DNA of 64,000 nt from an uncultured Pseudanabaenaceae cyanobacterium (GTDB lineage: Bacteria; Cyanobacteriota; Cyanobacteriia; PCC-9006; JAAUQQ01), in assembly GCA_938017515.1 (NCBI GenBank), contig CALIJJ010000030.1, positions 6,360 through 70,359 of the forward strand, in the 5' to 3' direction. The position numbers were made by a program, and so were the translations under genes. The notes under the pieces were generated by a model. The model was not told the DNA's origin, ran no database searches, and saw nothing but the letters and a program-made list of their open reading frames with translations. Shown piece by piece: positions 39,345 through 49,302 of this stretch. Numbering within the stretch: position 1 is the stretch's first letter; every line of letters begins with the position of its first letter.

Positions 39345-40997
39345 CTAGGCGATGCGTCCCTCTGCAAAGCCGCTCTGGATAAAGTGCTGCCTAGCAGCAG
39401 CCAGATTGTTGCCAAAGGCGGCTTGCAAGTCAGAGTATCGATTGAGATAGGCTGCTTCATCGAAGCTATCCGAAGCTCGCTGCTCGCTGGCTCCAAACTG
39501 GATGTAGTGCTGAGTCGCAGCGGCGGGATTATATCCAAAGATGCGTATCAAATCCCCATGGGAGGCGAGGTAATCTTCGGCGCTAAAGGTGACTGTGCGA
39601 CCTTCATTAAAGCCGGATTGTAGGTAGTGTTGACGCCCAGCGTCGGGATTGTAACCAAAGACCTGTTGCAGATCCCTGTAGGAGGCGATGTAGGCACCGG
39701 GGTCAAAGCCCGTGAGCTGGTCGCGACCCTCTCGAAAGCCGAATTCGATGTAGTGGCGGGTTGCTGCCGCTAAATCTTGACCAAAGACCTGTTGCAGGTC
39801 TGTGTAGGCAGAGAGATAGATGGCAGGGTTGAACAGATTGGTGGCACGTCCTTCCCCGAGACCAGACTGGATATAGTGTTGAGTCGCGGCGGCCAGGTTG
39901 TAGCCAAAGGCATTGATGAGATCACCATTGGAGGCGATGTACAAATCCTCAGCAAAGCTATCTTTGCTGCGCTGTTCATTGCGACCAAACTGCCGATAGT
40001 GATCGCGGGCAGCAGTGGGGTTGTAGCCAAAGGCTTGGGTGAGGTCGGGGTTGGACGCCAGGTAGTTATCGGGGTCAAAGGTTTCGACGCCAACGACAAA
40101 GCTGTCATCAACAAAGGCACCCTGGAGATTTGTGGCTCGTACCGTGATGGTGGTTGAACCCGTTGCATTCGGAGCGTAGTCGAGTTCGAGCTGATTGTTG
40201 GTAATGGTCGGCGTAAGGAGACTTGGATTACTGTTGCCGATGACCGAAAAGGTTAGCTCCGGCTGCTGCGTTACTGTAATGCTGCGATAGCGGACAAAGT
40301 CTTCGTCTCCATTAATGGAGCCGTCGGTGGGAATAAAGGGTAGGTTGTCGAAGGCCGATTGTTGGAACGCTTCGACGCCATTGCTGACCTTGGGGAGGGC
40401 GGCGATCGCATCCACCGTATTCAAATCAGCTTCAGAAATAACCTCCCCAAAAACTGTAAATCCACCATTCTGATTGTCTAAACTGTTTGGATTATTGGGG
40501 TCGTTGTTGTCTGCCAGATTGAAGAACCATTGGTTCGTGGCACTGTCTGGATCACCCCCGAGCTTTGCATAGGCGAGTGTTCCTCGGGTGTTGGAGCGAA
40601 CCAGGTTGAATTCATTGTCCACGGGCAAATTGGCCGGGACGCGAGTGACTGAATCCGGTGCACTTTGGGTCGCTAAGCCATCCAAGACAAAGCCACCACC
40701 CTGTACGACAAATCCACTGACTGAACGGTGAATAATACTGTTGATGTAGTCGCCGTCGTTGGCATAATCGATAAAGTTCTGAACGCTCTGGGGGGCACCA
40801 AAGCCGGGTTGATCGTAAAGGACAACGTTGGTGACACCGCCGCTACCAATCGTGGTGTCATAGAGTTCGAACCGTGCGACCTGCCCCGTGGTGTAGGGGT
40901 CATCAAAAACGGTGGAGAGATTGATGATGGTATTGGCATCGTTGACAAGTGCTGCTTGATCGGCGAGGGGTTGGGTAACAATCGTCGTTGATGGCAT
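39345..40997 (-). CDS. cyclophilin-type peptidyl-prolyl isomerase with Ig-like domain and six C-terminal repeats
   Basis: HRSVSGFVVQGGG, NTRGTLAYAK, ATNQWFFN, FTVFGEV; six ~41 aa FxxxxYxxxxxDL...HYxxxGxxExR repeats. Confidence 0.85.
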   Translation of the reverse strand: MPSTTIVTQPLADQAALVNDANTIINLSTVFDDPYTTGQVARFELYDTTIGSGGVTNVVLYDQPGFGAPQSVQNFIDYANDGDYINSIIHRSVSGFVVQGGGFVLDGLATQSAPDSVTRVPANLPVDNEFNLVRSNTRGTLAYAKLGGDPDSATNQWFFNLADNNDPNNPNSLDNQNGGFTVFGEVISEADLNTVDAIAALPKVSNGVEAFQQSAFDNLPFIPTDGSINGDEDFVRYRSITVTQQPELTFSVIGNSNPSLLTPTITNNQLELDYAPNATGSTTITVRATNLQGAFVDDSFVVGVETFDPDNYLASNPDLTQAFGYNPTAARDHYRQFGRNEQRSKDSFAEDLYIASNGDLINAFGYNLAAATQHYIQSGLGEGRATNLFNPAIYLSAYTDLQQVFGQDLAAATRHYIEFGFREGRDQLTGFDPGAYIASYRDLQQVFGYNPDAGRQHYLQSGFNEGRTVTFSAEDYLASHGDLIRIFGYNPAAATQHYIQFGASEQRASDSFDEAAYLNRYSDLQAAFGNNLAAARQHFIQSGFAEGRIA

Positions 40998-41135
40998 GAT
41001 TCGTTTGTCCTCCTTAATCTGGTGTTGATGGGCTGCTGCGGATTCGCCCGCCGGTTTGTGCTCGGCTTAGGTGCTTTGACCCTAGATGCTTTGACCCACA
41101 GTGCCAGGGCGAAGTGCCCAGGCTCCCCTTCGATG

Positions 41136-42017
41136 TTACTGAGACTTATTGATACGCTCCAGGTTGAACTTACCCATTAAGAGCCGATCGAGTAGCGGAG
41201 TGGGTAGCCAGCGGCGTAGAAGCGTTAGTTGAAGGCTCTTTTTGCCGATACGAATTTGGCTAGGAGGCTGATTTCGGCTCAGTAGATTTACGAGCTGAGC
41301 TGCGAAGTCTTCGGTGGAGGTGGCATCTACTTGGGAGGCATTAGCGCGATTTTGGATACTGCTTTCGAGGCTGTGGTAGCGCGAAGTTGAGGTCAGGAAT
41401 CGATGGACGACTTGGCTTGCGGTATTGCCAAATTGAGAGGCGATCGCCCCAGGCTGCACCGTAACCACCCGCAGGCCAAAGGGGGCAAGTTCCAGACGCC
41501 AGGCGTCAGATAGGGCATGGACTGCGGCCTTGCTGGCGCAGTAGGCTCCGGCAAAGGGGGTCACGAAAATCCCGGAGACGCTGCCGATGTTGGCGATGGT
41601 GCCACTGCCCCGCTCGATCATGCTGGGGGCCACGGCCTGGATCAGGGCATTGATGGCAAAGACATTGGTTTCAAACTGTTGGCGCAGTTCGTCGATGGGG
41701 ATATCGAGGAGTGGTCCCATGAGGCCGTAGCCAGCATTGTTGATCAGCAAGTCGATGGAGCCGGACTGTTGAAGGATGTGGGCGATCGCCGCGTTTCGGC
41801 TCTCATCATCGGTGACATCAAGTCGGATGGTATGGATACCCTGGGCTTTGAGGTCGGCCATCGCTGACAGATTCCGCGCCGTTGCCCAGACTTGGTCGCC
41901 CCGGTGATGGAAGGCCTGTGCCAGGGCTCGACCGATGCCGCTGGAGCAGCCTGTGATGAGAACGACGCGGGATTGAGACATGCTGATGGTGCCGAGAGAA
42001 GCTGTGCCAACACTCAT
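41136..42017 (-). CDS. short-chain dehydrogenase/reductase
   Basis: TGCSSGIG, NNAG, YCASK. Confidence 0.92.
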   Translation of the reverse strand: MSVGTASLGTISMSQSRVVLITGCSSGIGRALAQAFHHRGDQVWATARNLSAMADLKAQGIHTIRLDVTDDESRNAAIAHILQQSGSIDLLINNAGYGLMGPLLDIPIDELRQQFETNVFAINALIQAVAPSMIERGSGTIANIGSVSGIFVTPFAGAYCASKAAVHALSDAWRLELAPFGLRVVTVQPGAIASQFGNTASQVVHRFLTSTSRYHSLESSIQNRANASQVDATSTEDFAAQLVNLLSRNQPPSQIRIGKKSLQLTLLRRWLPTPLLDRLLMGKFNLERINKSQ

Positions 42018-42148
42018 ATTAGCGATTTCCTTCAGAGCACAGAGGACTTGCTCCTAGCGATGCTCATGACAGGAATTGGGGAGTGGAATGAGCCTCGTGT
42101 TTGATTCGGATGGGGTAAAGTTCAAAGGCACTGAGCGCGCACAAATCA

Positions 42149-43165
42149 ATGGCTGAGAAAATTCGAGTGGGATTGGTGGGGACGGGGTATGCAGCCAAGC
42201 TGCGAGCCCAGGCCTTTACAGCGGAGACGCGGGCCGAGTTGGTGGCGATCGCCGGACAGGATGCTCACCGCACCGCAGAATTCTCTGCCCCCTACGCGAC
42301 TGAGACCACAACGGATTGGCGATCGCTCGTGGCCCGTACTGACATCGATCTGGTTGTTATCTCAACACTGAACCGAGATCATGGCGCCATCACAGAAGCC
42401 GCACTCCAGGCCGGAAAGCATGTGGTGGTTGAATACCCGTTGTCCTTGGACTTGGCCCAGGCGCGATCGCTCGTCGCCCTAGCCGAAGCCAAAAAATTGC
42501 TGCTCCATGTAGAGCACATTGAACTCCTGGGGGGCTTACACAAGGCGTTGCTGGCCAACCTCCATCGAGTGGGTCATCCCCATCACGTTCGTTATGCCAC
42601 GCTTGCACCCAAGTCTCCAGCTCCTCGGCGTTGGAGTTTCAACTTCCAGGAGCTTGGCTTTCCACTCATGGGGGCATTGTCCCGCATTCACCGGCTGACC
42701 CATGCGTTTGGCCCCGTTGCCTCGGTCAGTTGTCAGGCCAAATTCTGGACCGCTGACGATGATCCGAGCTATTTCACAACTTGTCTGTGCAACGCTCAGC
42801 TCTTTTTTGAGACGGGGGTCTTGGGCTCGGTAACTTACGGTAAAGGGGAATCCCTCTGGCGGGCGGAGCGACTGATGGAAGTGGGGGGCGATCGCGGTGC
42901 TCTACGCTTTGACAAGGATCAAGGCATCTTCTGCGGTCGTGACGCAGCGGGAAACCTGGTTGAAACTCCGTTGGAGATGGGAGGACGGCGAGGTCTTTTT
43001 CAGCGAGATACGGAGATGGTCCTAGATACTCTATTTGAAGGGACACCGCTCTATGTCTCGGTGGCAGGAAGCCTCTATGCTCTGGAAGTGGCGGATGCCG
43101 CCCGGCGTGCGGCCGAGACAGGGCAGACCATTCCCCTGCCTTCCAGAGCTGACGCCCAGCTCTGA
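42149..43165 (+). CDS. bvdR: biliverdin reductase (Gfo/Idh/MocA family)
   Basis: VGTGYAA, HVVVEYP and HVEHIELLGG motifs characteristic of cyanobacterial BvdR. Confidence 0.8.
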   Translation: MAEKIRVGLVGTGYAAKLRAQAFTAETRAELVAIAGQDAHRTAEFSAPYATETTTDWRSLVARTDIDLVVISTLNRDHGAITEAALQAGKHVVVEYPLSLDLAQARSLVALAEAKKLLLHVEHIELLGGLHKALLANLHRVGHPHHVRYATLAPKSPAPRRWSFNFQELGFPLMGALSRIHRLTHAFGPVASVSCQAKFWTADDDPSYFTTCLCNAQLFFETGVLGSVTYGKGESLWRAERLMEVGGDRGALRFDKDQGIFCGRDAAGNLVETPLEMGGRRGLFQRDTEMVLDTLFEGTPLYVSVAGSLYALEVADAARRAAETGQTIPLPSRADAQL

Positions 43166-43211
43166 CTTTTAGAGCTGAATTCTAGGGCTAAATTCCAGAC
43201 TCGAACAAGCC

Positions 43212-43910
43212 CTAGCGGTGCACAATCACTTCGGTGCCGACTTCAATTTGCTCAAAGAGGGCTTCCACATCGGCATTTCTCATGCGTACACAACCATGGG
43301 AAACAGCCTGCCCAATGAGGGATTCGTTGGTGGTGCCATGGAAGCCAAAGGCCTCACTGCCCCGGTCGAGAAACCCAGCCCAACGATATCCCAGAGGATT
43401 ATCGGGCCCCGGTCCAACAATGGAACCGTTCCAAGGATGACGCCAGGTGGGGTTGACCACTTTCTGGTAAATCTTAAACCGACCGGTGGGGGTTTCCCAT
43501 CCCGTCTTACCGACGGCGACCGGATAGCTAACCACTTCACGCTCACCCTGGTAGAGCCGCACCCGACGTTCGGAGATGGAGAGCACTAGTCGAGGGGCTG
43601 CTTCAATGGACTCAACAGCGGTGTCCTTGGCTGTGGTGTCCTTGGCTGTGGTGTTAATGCTCCCAAGGGGAGTGCTCGATTCAGCCGTCTCTTTGACTGC
43701 GATCGCCTCCTCCTCCCTCACTTCCGTTGCAACCGCCTGGGTCGGACCGCGATCGTTTGTTTGGGAGGTTGGAGCAATAGACTCTGTTTCGCTAATGAGT
43801 CTCTGCGGCTGCTCTTGGGCCTGTGCTATGAACCCAGCTTGGCTTGTTCCTAGTACAAATAGTCCGCCTAGAAGTTGGATCGCCAGTCGTTGTGCTTTTG
43901 CCGCTCGCAT
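43212..43910 (-). CDS. L,D-transpeptidase (YkuD family)
   Basis: Signal peptide; YPVAVGK, TPTG, NPLG, GFHGT...SHGCVRM catalytic motif. Confidence 0.92.
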   Translation of the reverse strand: MRAAKAQRLAIQLLGGLFVLGTSQAGFIAQAQEQPQRLISETESIAPTSQTNDRGPTQAVATEVREEEAIAVKETAESSTPLGSINTTAKDTTAKDTAVESIEAAPRLVLSISERRVRLYQGEREVVSYPVAVGKTGWETPTGRFKIYQKVVNPTWRHPWNGSIVGPGPDNPLGYRWAGFLDRGSEAFGFHGTTNESLIGQAVSHGCVRMRNADVEALFEQIEVGTEVIVHR

Positions 43911-44568
43911 AGGAATAAGTCTAGTTTATGGCTAATATCACGAGGCCACATACAGAGCCCGCTTACAATAAGATTCCCCAAATTTTTATTCCTCAATTAC
44001 GGTAATTTTTCTTGCTGATTTAGAAAATATTTCTTTGCTCAAATAATTGATGAACTGTCCGGTGTCTAGTGAGGAAATACAATATATGGTTTTGAGATTA
44101 ATGCTCAATGATTGATTGACATGAATGGGCTAGCCTAGCTTCTCTTGAATTAAAAATATGCTTGTTAAGTCTATCCCTGATTGGCTTGCGTAAAATTTTT
44201 CTTGTGAGGGGAAGACCCGAGCTACTCCTGAAAGTATTTCTTCTTTAGAGAAATAATTAGATGATTTTTTCCTCTTTTGCTTGAAGTGATTATTTACTCA
44301 GAGTGGAGAATTTTGAAAGAATAAATGCAAACCATAAATGATTAGATTCAAAGGCCATGTCTTGATTTAATTTATGAATTAAATGTGACTAAAAACTATA
44401 AGTTAAGTGATTTTTCTGAAGGTTTAGTGGAGTCGAAGCGGGCAACATTCATTTAGGAGCGAACGGGCCGGAATGCACTGGTTCTCGAATGGCACCTTGC
44501 TTTTAGTCTTCGAGAATGCTTCCGTTCCCTTTCTCCTTTCGTATTGATGTAGCACTGGATTTGCAAGT

Positions 44569-45252
44569 ATGAAATTCTCCGTTAAGCTTTCCGCACTGAT
44601 CGGCCTCGGTTTGAGTGCAATGATGCCCGCCGCTGCTAATGCTGCTGAGGCACTAACTCTGATTAACGGCGCTCTGCACCAGTCCGTGACCATGGATGAA
44701 CTCAACCTGCTGGTTGACGAGGGCATTTCCAAGGGTGGTCTGCACTTGGTTCTCTCCGAGAGCAACGTCGAGCCTTCTGAGGCACGTGGCTTCTTGACCC
44801 AGACCATCAACTACAACCTGTCCTCCGCTGACGCACTCTTTAACTCCGGTGCTGGTCAGGAAATGCTGGCTGATCTGTCCGAAGTGATCATGCCCCGCAG
44901 CACCGAAGATGATGCTGAGCAGGCACTGCGTGCTGCTGTGATCAACTCCTTGGTTGATGATAACTCCCTGACTCCTCTGGAGATCGTTGCTAACTATCCC
45001 GTGGATGCTCAGGTTGATGTGATTGAGCTGCGCCGCCGCAACTCTACCTATGCTGGCATTGACGAAGTGGCTTCCATGCTGAAGACCACCCAGGCCAAGT
45101 CCAAGGCTCAAATTGCTAACGAGACCCTGGGTGCTCGCTTCTCCCAGACTGAAGCACGTCGCCAAGAGCGCATGCAGGCAATGTGGGCTGGCGTGAGCGT
45201 TGGTGGCCGCGTTGCTATCGATGCTTATCAGCCCATCAATGGCATGTGGTAG
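44569..45252 (+). CDS. secreted DUF1400-like domain protein
   Basis: Signal peptide (ANAAE); ALRAAVINS..DNSLTPLEIVANYP resembles the DUF1400 domain; visibly biased codon usage. Confidence 0.65.
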   Translation: MKFSVKLSALIGLGLSAMMPAAANAAEALTLINGALHQSVTMDELNLLVDEGISKGGLHLVLSESNVEPSEARGFLTQTINYNLSSADALFNSGAGQEMLADLSEVIMPRSTEDDAEQALRAAVINSLVDDNSLTPLEIVANYPVDAQVDVIELRRRNSTYAGIDEVASMLKTTQAKSKAQIANETLGARFSQTEARRQERMQAMWAGVSVGGRVAIDAYQPINGMW

Positions 45253-45310
45253 AAGATTGCTCTGCAATCTCACCTTGCTTCAATAATTAGGGGTTTTATT
45301 CATAGCATTT

Positions 45311-45343
45311 AGCGGTCAGATGTTGATACATCTGACCGCTTTT
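45311..45343 (+). terminator. intrinsic terminator
   Basis: AGCGGTCAGATGT-TGAT-ACATCTGACCGCT followed by T-rich tract. Confidence 0.8.
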
Positions 45344-45467
45344 CTTTGATGCTTTCTGGGGCGCGTGTTACGAACCAGCCATGATCAAACAGGCGTCGTG
45401 TGACGATTCATTTTTTGAGTCGTCTGCTTTGATGTTGCAAAATATTGCTCTTGCAACTCGCTTTTCC

Positions 45468-45956
45468 CTAGAAGGTATAACCGACACCGGCTGTGAGATC
45501 AAGATCAGCTTCATCAATGAAGGAGACGTTGACTGAGGCATTGGCAGTCCATTTCTCGGCAAAGCGATAGTCTACCCCTCCGGTGATGAGCGCACCGAAA
45601 TTGTCATCGCCATGGGTGGCAAGACGGACACCGGCACCCCCAAAGGGTAGGAGATCGGCTCCAGCGGCTTCAATGGAAGGAAAATCGTAGGTGACGGGAA
45701 CCAAGACGGTCGCGTCATCAAAGTCGTAGTCCAGGATGACGGTGGGTCTGAGGGACAGATTGGGGTTGAGGCGGGCTTTCCCGTTGATGATGAACCCTTC
45801 GTCGCTGATACCACTGCCGACGTAGTTATAGTCGTTTTGGCTGGCTTGACCATTGGGTTGGGCTTGAGCGCCAGGTGCAGTGGCGATCGCCACCAGGCTC
45901 ACAGCTAGCCCTAAACCAAACCGGGAAAGAGCGGCAGCGGGAGTCATTTTGAACAT
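45468..45956 (-). CDS. small outer-membrane beta-barrel protein (paralog 1)
   Basis: Signal peptide, alternating beta-strands, terminal GVGYTF. Confidence 0.8.
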   Translation of the reverse strand: MFKMTPAAALSRFGLGLAVSLVAIATAPGAQAQPNGQASQNDYNYVGSGISDEGFIINGKARLNPNLSLRPTVILDYDFDDATVLVPVTYDFPSIEAAGADLLPFGGAGVRLATHGDDNFGALITGGVDYRFAEKWTANASVNVSFIDEADLDLTAGVGYTF

Positions 45957-46165
45957 GATGCTCGTCTCCTGAGACGATGGGGGAATCGACGTCAGTGTGG
46001 CAGTTCTCCCCGGGGGCGTCGGGAGGGGCAGAGACCTTGTTGATTACGCTCTGTAGCCCCTTGTTTGTCTGCCCCTTTGTGGCGTGAATCGTCTCTTTAC
46101 CGCTTATCTGGATTGGACTTCACCCACGCGATGAATTAATCCGTGGCTGCTAGCGAAAAAAACGC

Positions 46166-46205
46166 AAAAAAATACCTCCTTCCCGCACATGCTGAGGAAG
46201 GAGGT
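46166..46205 (-). terminator. intrinsic terminator
   Basis: ACCTCCTTCC/GGAAGGAGGT stem preceded on the + strand by an A-run (U-tract on -), downstream of 46273-46746. Confidence 0.7.
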
Positions 46206-46272
46206 GAATCGAGTAGGAGGTCATTCGGAATGCGTTCCCTACTCGCCTAGATGAGGCAGATTTAAGCCAGAA

Positions 46273-46746
46273 CTAGAATGTGTAGCCAACACCTGCGACG
46301 AAGTCGATATCAGTGTCGTCAATGAACGTTAGGTTGATGGAACCATTCGCGGTCCAGCGCTCGGTGAAACGATAGTCAGCCCCCCCCGTGAGCAGCAGAC
46401 CGAAGTCAGTGTCGTCGCCGCCTGTGGAAACGCGTGCACCAATACCACCAAAGGGCAGCAGGTCAGCATCGCCCACTTCAAAGGCAGGAGCATCGTAGGT
46501 GACGGGGATCAAGAAAGTGGCGTTATCGAAGTCGTAGTCCACGATAGCTGCGGGACGTAAAGATAGGGAGCGGGTGACGCGAGCTTTACCGTTGATGACA
46601 AAGCCTTCGTCGCTGATGCCGCCGCCGACATAGTTGTAGTCATTGTAGGACTGGGCTTGGGCTGTGCCTGCGGAGGTGGCGATCGCCACCAAGCTGCCAC
46701 CCAGAACCAGACCGCTCAAAACCAGACCGTTGCGTAAGTTAAACAC
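46273..46746 (-). CDS. small outer-membrane beta-barrel protein (paralog 2)
   Basis: Clearly similar to 45468-45956 (NDYNYVG.GISDEGF, PVTYD, ADLLPFGG, AGVGYTF); GTG start with GAGGAG. Confidence 0.8.
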   Translation of the reverse strand: MFNLRNGLVLSGLVLGGSLVAIATSAGTAQAQSYNDYNYVGGGISDEGFVINGKARVTRSLSLRPAAIVDYDFDNATFLIPVTYDAPAFEVGDADLLPFGGIGARVSTGGDDTDFGLLLTGGADYRFTERWTANGSINLTFIDDTDIDFVAGVGYTF

Positions 46747-47062
46747 CGTTCATCTCTCCTCAAATACTAAATCGCGGTCAACATGACCGATAGATTGTCT
46801 AGTGACCACATCGCACCGGACAATATCACACCAAACTGCTGAAACGCTAGCAGCCATTACACCGTATGGGTGTCTCAGGCTTGTGTAGCGTTCACATCCC
46901 TGTTCACATCTCTACAATGGCAGAATTTTTAGTGCTCGTAGAAAGATGGTGTGACAGTTCTAAAAGCGATAAAACCGTCTCGAAATTTTTCCTAAAAATG
47001 GGCCCTCACCATTGGCCTTAAAAACTGGCCCTAAAAACTGGCCCGATTTGGAGGGGACAGTA

Positions 47063-48178
47063 TTAGGTGTAAACCTTGCTGTAATACGCTTGGTATTCCT
47101 CAGATAGCAGCGGTTGCCACCAATCTCGGTGGCTGAGATACCACGCCACGGTTTTTTGCAGTCCTGTTTCCAGCGTTTCCTCCGGTTCCCAGTTCAAATC
47201 CCGCTGAATCTTGGTGGCATCAATGGCATAGCGGCGATCGTGGCCGGGACGATCCTTCACAAATTGAATCAGCTCCTGGGGAGAGGCGACCGGCAATTCC
47301 CAGCCAAACGTGGGTGCCATATCCTGGACCAGATCGCAGAGTGTCTGGACCAAATCTAAATTCTTGACTTCGTTATTGCCGCCAACGTTGTAGGTCTCGC
47401 CGGGGGCTCCGGCGGTCATGACGCGATCGATGGCGCGGCAGTGGTCTTCTACGTAGAGCCAGTCACGTATATTCTGACCATCCCCATAGACCGGTAAAGG
47501 TTTCCCCAACAACATATTGATGATCATCAATGGAATCAGCTTTTCCGGGAAGTGGAAGGGACCATAGTTGTTGGAGCAATTGGTGATCAGTGTGGGGAGG
47601 CCATAGGTATGGAAGTAGGCGCGTACCAGGTGGTCGCTGCCCGCTTTTGAGGCTGAGTAGGGGCTGTTCGGAGCGAAGGGGGTTGTTTCGCTGAAACCTG
47701 GGTCGTCCGGGGCAAGGCTGCCGTAGACTTCGTCGGTGGAGACGTGAAGAAAACGGTAGTCGCTGGGTTGCTCCTGGGTGAGCCAGTGTTGGCGAAATTG
47801 TTCGAGGAGCGTGAATGTGCCGACGACGTTGGTCTGAATAAAAGCACCGGGGCCGAGGATGGAGCGATCGACGTGGGACTCAGCCGCAAAGTGGGCGACG
47901 GTGTCAATGGATTCAGATTTCAGCAGCGCCGCCACCTGGTCTGCATCGCAAATGTCGCCTTGGACAAAGATTAGATTGGGATTTCCGTCTAGGGTCGCTA
48001 GGTTGCTGCGGTTACCGGCGTAGGTGAGGGCATCAAGCACAATGACGCGATCGCCGGGGTGTGCCGCACACCAATGGTGGACAAAATTCGAGCCAATAAA
48101 CCCAGCTCCGCCAGTGATCAGAATGCAGCGTTGGGGGGCATCGGGCGAAGATGGGCGGCTAGAGGATGCAGTGGTCAA
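47063..48178 (-). CDS. rfbB: dTDP-glucose 4,6-dehydratase
   Basis: [43 protein letters not shown]; start uncertain (TTG 48178 with GGAGA, ORF open to 48226). Confidence 0.95.
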   Translation of the reverse strand: MTTASSSRPSSPDAPQRCILITGGAGFIGSNFVHHWCAAHPGDRVIVLDALTYAGNRSNLATLDGNPNLIFVQGDICDADQVAALLKSESIDTVAHFAAESHVDRSILGPGAFIQTNVVGTFTLLEQFRQHWLTQEQPSDYRFLHVSTDEVYGSLAPDDPGFSETTPFAPNSPYSASKAGSDHLVRAYFHTYGLPTLITNCSNNYGPFHFPEKLIPLMIINMLLGKPLPVYGDGQNIRDWLYVEDHCRAIDRVMTAGAPGETYNVGGNNEVKNLDLVQTLCDLVQDMAPTFGWELPVASPQELIQFVKDRPGHDRRYAIDATKIQRDLNWEPEETLETGLQKTVAWYLSHRDWWQPLLSEEYQAYYSKVYT

Positions 48179-48226
48179 ATCAGATCTCCCGGAACTCAAA
48201 CTCAAAAACTCAAAAGGGAACGCCAA

Positions 48227-49204
48227 CTAGTTCCGTCGAATATTAAAGCAGCACCACTCCTTCCGTTTCCAGAGCGTTGCTACAATCCAGCCCTCTTGTT
48301 CCAGCAGATCGGCCACCATTTTGGCTTGGCTGGTCAAAATCCCGCTCAAAATCCCCCAGGTGTGGGGTTTGGCCACAGCGGAAAAGGTGGGAATCATATC
48401 CACAATGATTTCGGCCAGAATATTGCAGACAATGCCGTCGAGTACGACGCCTGCGTTGTCTAGATCCTTAAGGCGTTCGGCGCTGGCACAGTCCGTCGAA
48501 ATTTGGGATTCCGTAATCTGGTTGAGGTCGCGATTGTCCCCTGTGGACTTGACGGCGAGGGGATCATTGTCCATGGCGTAGACCCGGTGGGCCCCCAACA
48601 TAATGCCCCCAATGGACAAAATGCCAGAGCCGCAGCCGACGTCGGCGAGGGTGAGTCGTTGGTCTGCCTTGAGTTCGGAGAGACGCATCTCTAAAGATTC
48701 GAGGCAAAGCTGGGTGGTGGGATGGGCTCCGGTGCCAAAGGCGGCACCGGGGTCCAGTTTGAGGATGAGGCGATCGGTGGCGGGGGGGTCAATCCAGGCC
48801 GGACAAATGAGGAAGCGATCGCCGATGGTCTCGGGTTGCCAGTGTTGTTTCCAGCTACTGGACCAGTCCTCCTCATCAATCCGTTTCCAGGAAACCTGGG
48901 GGGCGGGTTGTTCTACAGCAATGGCATCTTGCTGAAGCCAGACGGCCAAGGCACCGAGGTCCAAAATCTGTACCTGATCTTGAGGGACATAACCCCGCAC
49001 TCGACGCGTTGCGTCATGGGTCGGAGCATTCGTTTTGGAATGACCCGTCTCCTCCGGCGGTGTTTTGGTCCAAGCAGCTCCCTGAAAGGCTCCCTTGGCC
49101 TCACTCGCAAAGCCCCGACAGCCGAATTTCTCCAGCCGCACGGAGACAATGTCCTCCAGCATGGGCTCACAGAGCACTTCAATTTCCCACCAACCCTGTG
49201 CCAT
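48227..49204 (-). CDS. prmA: ribosomal protein L11 methyltransferase
   Basis: [43 protein letters not shown]. Confidence 0.95.
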   Translation of the reverse strand: MAQGWWEIEVLCEPMLEDIVSVRLEKFGCRGFASEAKGAFQGAAWTKTPPEETGHSKTNAPTHDATRRVRGYVPQDQVQILDLGALAVWLQQDAIAVEQPAPQVSWKRIDEEDWSSSWKQHWQPETIGDRFLICPAWIDPPATDRLILKLDPGAAFGTGAHPTTQLCLESLEMRLSELKADQRLTLADVGCGSGILSIGGIMLGAHRVYAMDNDPLAVKSTGDNRDLNQITESQISTDCASAERLKDLDNAGVVLDGIVCNILAEIIVDMIPTFSAVAKPHTWGILSGILTSQAKMVADLLEQEGWIVATLWKRKEWCCFNIRRN

Positions 49205-49302
49205 TGCTGATCCCCTGATTTTCCTAGTTTGTTTTTGGGTTTGTTTCTGGGTTTATCTCTGGGCTTATCTCTGGGGGTACCCCGGGCCTACAGCTCGATG
49301 CC

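Noticed and set aside
44653..45273. Long antisense ORF (also 13624-14277, 1905-2573, 50431-50964 and others)
   Set aside because: Shadows of well-supported genes on the opposite strand, explained by codon bias
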